The notes beneath the pieces were generated by a model. That model did not search any database. It saw nothing but the letters and a program-made list of their open reading frames with translations, and was not told the origin of the DNA. A program made the translations under genes and the position numbers. This document shows positions 37,332-45,216 of a stretch of DNA of 64,000 nucleotides, piece by piece (within the stretch, counting starts at the first letter, position 1; each line of letters starts with the position of its first letter). The stretch comes from an uncultured Acidobacteriota bacterium (GTDB taxonomy: Bacteria; Acidobacteriota; Blastocatellia; RBC074): positions 1,184,001 to 1,248,000 of the forward strand of contig CAWCKY010000001.1 in the NCBI GenBank assembly GCA_963796275.1. The letters run 5' to 3'.

Positions 37332-37962
37332 TCAGCAAGGAGGTTCGTCAAGGTTTGTGAAAACCCAGCCTGAATCAGACCCATTAGAAGCGTTCTTCGA
37401 CTATCTCGGTCCTGATCCGAGCCAAGCCGGGGAGAAGTACGAGACCCTGCGCCGTGTCCTCATGAAATTCTTCGAGTGGCGTGGTGCGCTCTCCCCTGAC
37501 CATCTCACTGATCTTACCTTCGACCGTGTCGCCGGCAAGATAGCGGCAGGGGAACAGATTCAAAACATAAATGGGTATTGCCAGAAGGTCGCGTATTTTA
37601 TCTACCTTGAATGGGTCAATCGAAGTCAGGATGATAAACACGAAGCCCTCGGCGATGACGAAAGTCTCCCACTAGTACAGGCGGTTTCCAATGATGAGTT
37701 CGAACAAGAGGAGAACCGCTTCGAGTGCCAAAAGAGATGCCTTCTGGAGATGCCCGACGAAAGCCGTGATGTGATCCGTGAATATTTTGCCGGTGAGGGG
37801 CGTGATCGGATCAACCGCCGCGAAGAAATGGCCGCACGCATGGGAATCAGCCGCTCTGCCCTGGGAAATCGAATTACACGATTGCTTAGTAAACTCAGAG
37901 AATGTGAACGCAAATGTTTGGGAATCTTTCAAGATGGCGCACGTTTTGCCGACATGAATTAG
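37318..37962 (+). CDS. ECF-type sigma-70-like factor
   Basis: 214 aa overlapping the CHAT stop. Region-2-like (YETLRRVLMKFFEWRG...DLTFDRVA) and region-4 HTH-like (CLLEMPDESRDVI...MAARMGISRSALGNRITRL) segments. Start codon uncertain. Confidence 0.7.
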   Translation: MEKGNQQGGSSRFVKTQPESDPLEAFFDYLGPDPSQAGEKYETLRRVLMKFFEWRGALSPDHLTDLTFDRVAGKIAAGEQIQNINGYCQKVAYFIYLEWVNRSQDDKHEALGDDESLPLVQAVSNDEFEQEENRFECQKRCLLEMPDESRDVIREYFAGEGRDRINRREEMAARMGISRSALGNRITRLLSKLRECERKCLGIFQDGARFADMN

Positions 37963-38129
37963 GTAGTATGTCACTTGTTAGTAGGAAGGATGACATAGGA
38001 CTGTAATTTATTATTAACATCATCCTTTCAAAATGGGAAGTTTAGGTTATCAGCAATACTTATAATATGTTAGTTGCGCTGACAGTCAGGTAAACCACAG
38101 ACTATCTTAAAATTAAATTAAAGGCTCCC

Positions 38130-39098
38130 ATGGAAGAAAGATTAAAAACCGAACAACAAATGATTCGATACCTGTTGGGCGATATGTCCATTGAAGAGCA
38201 GATCGCGATGGAGACCGGGTACTTCACCGATCCAGAAAGTTTTAATTTGCTCCAGGCTGTCGAACAGGATCTCATCGAAGGTTATATAAATGGCAAGCTT
38301 TCGGCTGCAGGTCGAGTGAAGTTTGAGCGTCATTTTCTGAGCACTCCTGCCCGTCGAGATCAGGTGCGGTTTTTTCAGACCCTGGTCAAAGTCGTACCTA
38401 TTGAAATTGATCAACAAGTTGTGGAGCAGCCGGTCAGACTCGCGGCTCTTGATTCTATTGACCTGGGACGGAAGAGCTCGTGGTGGGAATCTATCATGTC
38501 CCCATTCCGAGGACCGCGATTGGCCATGGGTATGTCGTTTGCCGCCGCAATGTTAATTCTGGCAGTTGCAGGGACATGGCTGATCGTCGGGAACCGCAGT
38601 GGGAACGATGGACAGATCGCGTCTGTCAGTCCCACTTCTTCACCCGAGACCGTGCAAGCGCCGAACCCGGATCAACCGGATGTCCCGTCAAAAGATAATG
38701 AAATAGATGGGGAGAAGCCGATCACTCCCAAACCGTCATCGAAGCCGGTCACCGCTTCTTTCGTTTTGAATATTCCTGGATTGAGGGATATTAATAAAGG
38801 TAGTACAGCGCCTCAGGTTTGGCGCATTCCGTCCAACACCGATTTTGTTCAAATGGCCTTCAACCATAAAGGTGACCCATACGGGAACTACAGAGTCTCA
38901 TTAAATTATATCTCTGGTAAGCAGGCCTGGCGCCGGAGCGACATCCAAGCCAATCGCGTGAAATCAGGTACGCTATTGATTGTGAATGTACCTGCAAAAC
39001 GGATTGAAGAAGGTTCATACAGCCTGGAGATCAGCAGAGACAATGTTGCAGGTGAATGGGTAATGTTCCACGAATTTTTGATCGAAGTAGTACGGTAA
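38130..39098 (+). CDS. Putative anti-sigma factor: cytoplasmic N-domain, single TM helix, extracytoplasmic C-domain
   Basis: N-term MIRYLLGDMS..EQIAME...LIEGYINGKLS...FERHFL resembles zinc-less anti-sigma domains. TM at FAAAMLILAVAGTWLIV, then a Pro-rich linker. Directly downstream of the sigma gene. Confidence 0.65.
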   Translation: MEERLKTEQQMIRYLLGDMSIEEQIAMETGYFTDPESFNLLQAVEQDLIEGYINGKLSAAGRVKFERHFLSTPARRDQVRFFQTLVKVVPIEIDQQVVEQPVRLAALDSIDLGRKSSWWESIMSPFRGPRLAMGMSFAAAMLILAVAGTWLIVGNRSGNDGQIASVSPTSSPETVQAPNPDQPDVPSKDNEIDGEKPITPKPSSKPVTASFVLNIPGLRDINKGSTAPQVWRIPSNTDFVQMAFNHKGDPYGNYRVSLNYISGKQAWRRSDIQANRVKSGTLLIVNVPAKRIEEGSYSLEISRDNVAGEWVMFHEFLIEVVR

Positions 39099-39138
39099 GA
39101 AACGAATTTAAACATTTAATATCAACCCGTAGTCCGAC

Positions 39139-39180
39139 GCAAAGGCGCAAAGGAGAAAGAGAAATCCTTTGCGCCTTTGC
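39139..39180. terminator. Perfect 16-bp inverted repeat (terminator or REP-like element)
   Basis: GCAAAGGCGCAAAGGA-N10-TCCTTTGCGCCTTTGC followed by ATTTTT, 40 bp after the anti-sigma stop. Confidence 0.6.
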
Positions 39181-39242
39181 ATTTTTGCGTAATATCTTCG
39201 TTTATTGCAGTATTTTAAACTAACAACCCCAACTCCATTGAT

Positions 39243-40163
39243 ATGATAAAAAATTGGCATGATAAAAAAAGAATTGCAAGTAGTATGGTTAAAATCAGTA
39301 AATTCCTTAGTCTTGTCCTGAGGCATCAACCCGACAAGATTGGGGTGATGCTCGACAAGGCGGGTTGGGTTTCTGTGGAGGAGTTGATCGAAGCTCACAT
39401 CGACCGCGATTTGAATGATAATGATCTGAAAGGCAAACCGCCGGAAGGTTTGAGCGGGGCGCAACTCAAGCGGTGGAAATACAAACGCTACATGCAAGAT
39501 TACCTGGCCTGCGTCGCCTCGGTGGACGACAACATCGGACGCTTCCTCGATTATCTTGATAAAACCGGTCAGGCAAAAAATACCATTGTGATCTATACCT
39601 CGGATCAGTGCTTTTTTCTCGGTGAGCACAACTTTTTCGATAAACGGTTTATGTACGAGGAGTCGCTGCGGATGCCTTTCGTCATACTCTGGCCCGGACA
39701 GATCAAGGCCGCTTCGATCAATAAGAAACTGGTCCTCAATGTGGACTTCGCGCCGACTATGCTGGACGCGGCCGGTGTGAAAATGCCCTCTGATATGCAG
39801 GGCCGAAGTTTCCTGCCGCTCCTGCGCAGCCAGAAACCCAAAGGCTGGAGGACTTCAATGTATTATCGGTATTACCATCCGGGCCATCACAACGTGGCGG
39901 CGCACTACGGTATTCGCACGGAGCGATACAAACTGATCTACTTCAATAAGCTTAATCAGTGGGAACTATACGATCTGAAGAATGACCCGGTTGAAATGCG
40001 CAACATCTACGCCGATCCCGTCAATGCGGGGCTCGTGACGAAGCTCAAGACTGAAATGTACAGATTGAAAAAAGCTCTGAAGGACGAGGATAAGTTTCAG
40101 GAAAATCTGCCGCTTGATGATGTTGGTGGTGGCAGGGTGCGAGCCCGACAATCGATGAACTGA
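39243..40163 (+). pseudogene. Chimeric ORF: N-terminal fragment of RNA 2'-phosphotransferase (KptA/Tpt1) fused in frame to the C-terminal half of a sulfatase
   Basis: ISKFLSLVLRHQPDKIGVMLDKAGWVSVEELI is the KptA N-terminal motif. The rest (YMQDYLACVASVDDNIGR...YTSDQCFFLGEH...DKRFMYEESLRMPF...NVDFAPT...WELYDL) is a sulfatase C-half with no CxPxR motif. Confidence 0.8.
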
Positions 40164-40193
40164 ATCGCGATATTATGCGATATAAAAATTTAA

Positions 40194-40253
40194 GCCAGGC
40201 TCGCAGATACGCCGAGGAAAAAGAGGTAAAGCTTGGCGTATTTGCGGCCTGGC
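40194..40253. terminator. Imperfect long inverted repeat between convergent genes (bidirectional terminator or REP-like)
   Basis: GCCAGGCTCGCAGATACGCCGAG ... CTTGGCGTATTTGCGGCCTGGC. Confidence 0.5.
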
Positions 40254-40286
40254 GTGCGTTTGTAAGCAATCAGTAGCTGCGATTGA

Positions 40287-40649
40287 TTACCAGTACCAGC
40301 GGCGATCACGATCCTGGCGATCATTCTTCTGGCGATAGATGTCCCGGTTTGAGCGATCTAACATTTGATCGAGCCGTTGACGCTCGCGATTACTCAATCC
40401 GCCGCCATCCCGGCGTGAGCGATATTCATAGCGATCGATCCTACGCTGCTGATCATAAAGCCTTCTCGCTTCGTTTCTCGTTAACTCTCCGCTGCGAATT
40501 CCTGATCGAATCCGGTCCCGTTGGAAATCTTGTCTTCGATTGACGTTGCCTGAGCGACGATTTCTGTTCCCGTTTGCCAATCCGGTCAACGGCATAATCC
40601 CAGCGATCATTACTGCGGCGATAACCAACTTAACCAAAGGTTGCTTCAT
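40287..40649 (-). CDS. Small secreted Arg/Asp-rich helical protein
   Basis: 120 aa, Sec signal peptide, motif RIRSGIRSGELTRNEARRL...DGGGLSNRERQRL, AAGGAG RBS upstream. Confidence 0.75.
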   Translation of the reverse strand: MKQPLVKLVIAAVMIAGIMPLTGLANGNRNRRSGNVNRRQDFQRDRIRSGIRSGELTRNEARRLYDQQRRIDRYEYRSRRDGGGLSNRERQRLDQMLDRSNRDIYRQKNDRQDRDRRWYW

Positions 40650-40754
40650 TATTTAAATCTCCTTTTCTCAAAGGTGTGAATGGATTCTTTTTACGTTAAT
40701 CAGCTTGAATAACTAACATTTTTTGCTTTTGCGTTTGCTGTCGTAATCAGTAAT

Positions 40755-40770
40755 AGCAACTCCCGGGCCA
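40755..40770 (-). promoter_or_regulatory. Candidate sigma54 promoter for the small secreted protein
   Basis: Minus strand TGGCCCGGGAGTTGCT (GG-N10-GC, TTGCT), about 105 bp upstream of ATG 40649. Confidence 0.55.
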
Positions 40771-41055
40771 GGCCGTTCTAATGTTTGCTAGCGAGCTGAT
40801 TGGAATGATTCGATGGCGGCGCTGAATCCATAAGTCCTTCATATGCATTCATAACAGAATGTTGCTACTCTCGTTTTTAACCCAGCATTGCTTTTAATTG
40901 TTGAGATTGGTTTTAACTGAACTCTGATCGACAGACTAATTCGTTTGTCCGATAGACGAAAACGTGAGTAGCTTCAGCAAGCTTCATTCTGGAAGAGCGA
41001 GTCAGGGTTGACTGGAGCACCGAAAAGCGACCGATTCTAATGGCGATCGGATCGC

Positions 41056-42408
41056 TTACATCCTCTCCCGTACAGCTTTTATGCTTCCAAGCATGCCGAG
41101 AAGAATAATGAGCAATAGGGAAATGCCTGCTGCAGGCATCAGTACGCCCAGCAGGCATATCAACGCGATCAGCCATTTGGCCGGGTTGAATCCTTTTGGT
41201 TTATATGGAAAACCGGTTTTGCCTTTGGGCCGGCGAATCCACCACATTGCACCACCCGTCACGCTCATTGCTACGATCAACACACAGACGATCACGGCCA
41301 GAATCTTGGTCGCCGTGCCGTAGATCGATCCGATGTGGATTGAGTAGGCTGAGAGCTGCAATTTGGCTGCGGCCGAGAGCTGCCGCCATCGGACTGAATC
41401 CAGCACGGCACCTGAATACTGATCGATATGAAGAATCGTGACCGTTGACGGACTGTCGTAACTTCCCGCATAAACCGTGATGCTATTCTCGGCCGTGTGC
41501 GGGAAATCGATGTAAATCTCTTTTTCGCTTTGCTCCCGCCGCGTTAAGGCGATGATTTCATCGACCTTCACGCGGGCATCGCCGTCTTTCTTGATCGATT
41601 TTGGCGGATTGAGATAGCTCGGCGGATAGGATTTCGTCATATCAGCCATCATCTGATAGCCGCGTGCGAATAGAACCGTGAAAAAGAGGCCGGTCACCAG
41701 TACCAGGAAGGCGAGGAGTGAGAGATAGAAGCCGGGGACCGTGTGCCAGTCGCGCCAGATGACATAACTCTTTCCGCGCAATCGCGGCAGCCAGACGCCG
41801 CGCGTCTGATTGCCGCCGCGGGGCCACCACAGATAAACGCCCGTGATAATCAGGATGATGCCCCAGCTTGTTGCCAGTTCGACGATGATTCTGCCAGTCG
41901 TTCCGGCCAGCAGAGTGCGGTGGATATTGAGGATGACGCCGAAAAGTGAACTGTCATACGCGAGCTGCCCGAGCACGTTGCCCGTATGCTGATTGACGAA
42001 TACCCATGTAAAGCTTTCATGCGCAGTCTCGGCGATGATGGCTGTTGCGCGCGTGGGATCGTCTGAAACGGACACACCATGCACCGTTGCGCCAGAGGGA
42101 AGGGCAGCGGTCGCGGTTGTTAGCTGTTCGTCATATGAAAATGTTTGCGGCTGCGGCTCGACAAACATCAGATGCGGATAGATCACCCGTTCCAGCTCTT
42201 CTTTGAAAACATATAGCCCCCCGGTTAGGGAAACAGCTAGGAGCACGGGCAATACGATCAATCCCGCATAGAAATGCCAGCGCCAGATGACTCGGTAAAG
42301 ACGAGGCTCTTGCCTTCCATTGGTGATGATCTCGTCATGAGCAGCATCAGCCGTAGCCGGTTTAAAATGCTCTTCTGCCACGCTCGTGGTGTTCATCTCT
42401 AGACTCAT
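41056..42408 (-). CDS. PepSY-associated TM-helix protein (FoxB-like iron/siderophore uptake membrane protein)
   Basis: WRWHFYAGL...SLTG, IHRTLLAG, TGVYLWWPR, RDWHTVPG, IDQYSG and IHIG conserved His motifs. Directly downstream of a siderophore receptor. Start placed at MSLEMN. Confidence 0.88.
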   Translation of the reverse strand: MSLEMNTTSVAEEHFKPATADAAHDEIITNGRQEPRLYRVIWRWHFYAGLIVLPVLLAVSLTGGLYVFKEELERVIYPHLMFVEPQPQTFSYDEQLTTATAALPSGATVHGVSVSDDPTRATAIIAETAHESFTWVFVNQHTGNVLGQLAYDSSLFGVILNIHRTLLAGTTGRIIVELATSWGIILIITGVYLWWPRGGNQTRGVWLPRLRGKSYVIWRDWHTVPGFYLSLLAFLVLVTGLFFTVLFARGYQMMADMTKSYPPSYLNPPKSIKKDGDARVKVDEIIALTRREQSEKEIYIDFPHTAENSITVYAGSYDSPSTVTILHIDQYSGAVLDSVRWRQLSAAAKLQLSAYSIHIGSIYGTATKILAVIVCVLIVAMSVTGGAMWWIRRPKGKTGFPYKPKGFNPAKWLIALICLLGVLMPAAGISLLLIILLGMLGSIKAVRERM

Positions 42409-42418
42409 AGATGTTTTG

Positions 42419-44755
42419 TTAGAAACGGTAACTGATGTTCGCTGTAATGGCCCGGCGCAAACCATAGAAACAGTCGCCCCGCGCCAGGCAAGTTGTGACG
42501 TGCACTCTATCGGTCAGGTTGGCGACATTGATCGCCAGTCGCCAGGTTCGAAAATCATAGGATAACATTGCATCGAAGAGGGTATAGGAAGGGGTTTTCA
42601 GTAGGTCGTTCCCATCCCATGATGTGCCGGTGAAGCGCACGCCGCCACCAGCGGTAAGGCTTCGTGAGTCGCCGATGCGGAAGATGCGCGTCGCCCACAG
42701 CGATGCGACGTGCGCCGGCGATGTCGGCAGCCTCTTTCCGAGGTCCGGACCGTTGCTCTTCGAGACGCGCGCATTTGTGAAGGAATAAGACGACAGCAGA
42801 TTCACTCTTCGGAAAACGGTGGCGTTGGCCTCGAGTTCGATCCCGCGCGTACGAGCTTCTCCGATCTGCAGGCTGTTGAGCGGATTGGTCGGATCAGGCG
42901 TGAGCCGGTTCTGTTGCCGCATATCGAAGAGAGCAAGACTTACCAGACCATTCCCGCTTCGCGGCTGGTACCGGACGCCGACCTCTACCTGCTTGCCACG
43001 CAGCGGCTTGTAGGGATTGTTATTGAAGTCGAGGCCCGTCACTGGTTGAAACGACTGCGAATAGTTAACGTAGGGAGAGATTCCGAGACTTGATAGGTAG
43101 ACGAATCCTGCCCGTCCCGTCACAGCTTGATCGTTCTGCCGCCCGGGGGTTACGCCCGCGGATTCGAAGCTGGCCCAGTCCTTGCGTATACCCATCGACA
43201 ATACCCACTGCTCGCGTATTTTGAGCTGGTCGTTGGCATAGATGCCGGTCTGATTCTGTCGTGTGTCGGGTAAGGCGTTCAGAGTTGGATAAGTGTAATT
43301 ACCGTAAACTGGAGTATAGACATCGAGCGCAGGCTCGTCGCTATACCCTTCGAAACCGGTGATCGTCGCCTTCTGATAATCCACCCCGGATAAAAACAGA
43401 TGTTGAAAAGGGCCCGTGCGCCAGCGTTTTTCCATCTGAGTATCAAACGCAAGGCTATTGAGCTCCTGCTTACTTACATAGAGTGTACGGTTGATACTCC
43501 GCTGGTCGTCGTTGAAAGCCGGAATCGGAGCGAATCGGGTATAGAACTCCTGAATGCTTCCGCGGCCGTTAGCGTAATTCAGGTTTTGCCGCACCGAGCA
43601 CCTGTCACTCAATCTGTGTTCGAAGAGATAGCTGATCGCGTTTTGTCTGGTGCTGTACTCATCGATGTCGGGTTCGCCTATGAACGTGTTGGTCGGAATC
43701 TGTCCGTAGACGTGCGGCAAAACCGTACCCTGCCAGGGGAAGAAACCGATCGATGAGCCGCCCTCGTCCTGTTGGAAATTGGTGAGAACGGTCAGCCGGG
43801 TTGCCTTTCCCGGCTTCCAGGTCAGCGATGGCGCGAGCAGCAGACGATCGTCCGGCACATAGTCCACCTGCGTGTTGCTGTCGCGACCGAGGGCGATTAT
43901 GCGATAGAGCCATTTTTCGTCGGTATCGATCGATCCGGTGAAATCGAACGCAGCCTGTTTGCGACCGTAGCTGCCCAGTTGCAGGCTGACTTCCCGGTGT
44001 GAGGTGGCAAGCGGTTTTTTTGAAACCAGATTGACGACCCCATTGAAACTGCCCTGACCATATAGTACCGAAGATGGTCCCCGTAGAACTTCGATCTGCT
44101 CGATGGAAAACGGGTCAGGCCGCGTATTGTTATTGTAGCCATACAACATGCGGATGCCGTTGAGATATTGTCCCCATTCCTCACCGCCGCGGATTGTCGC
44201 CCAATCGCCGCGGCTGTCGAGACCGTATGCTTCCGTGCGCACTCCCGCTGTGTAACGCAGCGCCTCCTGCAGAGTGAGGGGAGATTGGGCCACGAGATTT
44301 TCACGAGTAACAACCGAGGTTGCCTGCGGCGTCTCGACCAGCGGAATGTCTGTCTTCGAAGCCGTGGTAGGGATCTCTCTGATTTTCCCGACCACCTGGA
44401 CTGATTCTGTCATTCCGGGGGGGGCGAGGGCGATCTGCAGATCGAGCGTCTGGCCGGCCGCGAGCGTAATCTCCCGTGACTTCTCGGAGAGGCCGGCGCT
44501 CCGTACTATGACTCGATACGAACCGGGATCGAGATTTTCGATGTGAAAGTTCCCTTCGGCATCGGTCGCCGCCATCTTTTCACGGCCCGATGCAACTTCG
44601 CGCAGAATGATGGTAGCGCCAGCCAAAACAGATTGGGCTGTATCCGTTACTCTCCCCGTCAGCGTTGCAGTAGATTGGGCACGGACGAATAGTGTAATAA
44701 ATACACAACAGAGCAGACCCGCGGCAGTCCGCAGAAACATATTCCTTTTGGTCAT
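42419..44755 (-). CDS. TonB-dependent siderophore receptor (FhuA/FoxA-like) with N-terminal carboxypeptidase-regulatory-like domain
   Basis: TASKTDIPLVETPQATSVVT, EALRYTAGV, IEVLRGPSSVLYG plug motifs and C-terminal SYRF. Start placed at MTKRN (ORF track starts at 44794). Confidence 0.92.
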   Translation of the reverse strand: MTKRNMFLRTAAGLLCCVFITLFVRAQSTATLTGRVTDTAQSVLAGATIILREVASGREKMAATDAEGNFHIENLDPGSYRVIVRSAGLSEKSREITLAAGQTLDLQIALAPPGMTESVQVVGKIREIPTTASKTDIPLVETPQATSVVTRENLVAQSPLTLQEALRYTAGVRTEAYGLDSRGDWATIRGGEEWGQYLNGIRMLYGYNNNTRPDPFSIEQIEVLRGPSSVLYGQGSFNGVVNLVSKKPLATSHREVSLQLGSYGRKQAAFDFTGSIDTDEKWLYRIIALGRDSNTQVDYVPDDRLLLAPSLTWKPGKATRLTVLTNFQQDEGGSSIGFFPWQGTVLPHVYGQIPTNTFIGEPDIDEYSTRQNAISYLFEHRLSDRCSVRQNLNYANGRGSIQEFYTRFAPIPAFNDDQRSINRTLYVSKQELNSLAFDTQMEKRWRTGPFQHLFLSGVDYQKATITGFEGYSDEPALDVYTPVYGNYTYPTLNALPDTRQNQTGIYANDQLKIREQWVLSMGIRKDWASFESAGVTPGRQNDQAVTGRAGFVYLSSLGISPYVNYSQSFQPVTGLDFNNNPYKPLRGKQVEVGVRYQPRSGNGLVSLALFDMRQQNRLTPDPTNPLNSLQIGEARTRGIELEANATVFRRVNLLSSYSFTNARVSKSNGPDLGKRLPTSPAHVASLWATRIFRIGDSRSLTAGGGVRFTGTSWDGNDLLKTPSYTLFDAMLSYDFRTWRLAINVANLTDRVHVTTCLARGDCFYGLRRAITANISYRF

Positions 44756-44884
44756 TCGTTTTCCGTTATACGGCTGCTTGTGAGAGCAACCCAAGGTTTG
44801 TCATTTCATAGGCGGTGTGGCAGGATGACCCTCGCACACTGCCCGCGATGTTGCCAGAACAGACCGGTTCAGTTGTTGCAATAT

Positions 44885-44916
44885 GAGCCTCCGGCGTGCC
44901 GCGCCGGGGGCTTTTT
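44885..44916. other. GC-rich 12-bp hairpin with T-run on the + strand, in the leader of the siderophore receptor gene
   Basis: GAGCCTCCGGCG-TGCCG-CGCCGGGGGCTT-TTT. Confidence 0.4.
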
Positions 44917-45077
44917 CCTGATACCTTTTCTCAATTTTTATAGAGCTAGTGAGTTACCCAGCTCGATGACCCCACGTTATTCTTACCCCGCACCTACCTC
45001 TCCGGGATAAATATCCGGTAATAAATTTCTTTGAAAACTAGATGTCATGAGATCTAAATAGATAAGTTAGCTGAAGT

Positions 45078-45092
45078 TGAAAATCATTTTCA
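45078..45092. promoter_or_regulatory. Fur-box-like 7-1-7 inverted repeat
   Basis: TGAAAAT-C-ATTTTCA is a perfect 7-1-7 palindrome, two mismatches from TGATAAT-N-ATTATCA, between the divergent siderophore receptor and halogenase-activator genes. Confidence 0.65.
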
Positions 45093-45216
45093 GCTCGCTG
45101 CGATATTATAGACAGCATAAAGGCGTGTCAAGCATTTACTTGCTGCCAGTAACTGTCGCGCATACAATGGCAAAGATGAGGCAGTATCTGTAAAAAATAA
45201 TCTGGAAAAAAATTGG

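Noticed and set aside
44756-45216. Cobalamin or other riboswitch upstream of the TonB receptor
   Set aside because: No B12-box or other conserved aptamer motif recognised; the Fur-like box and receptor class point to iron.
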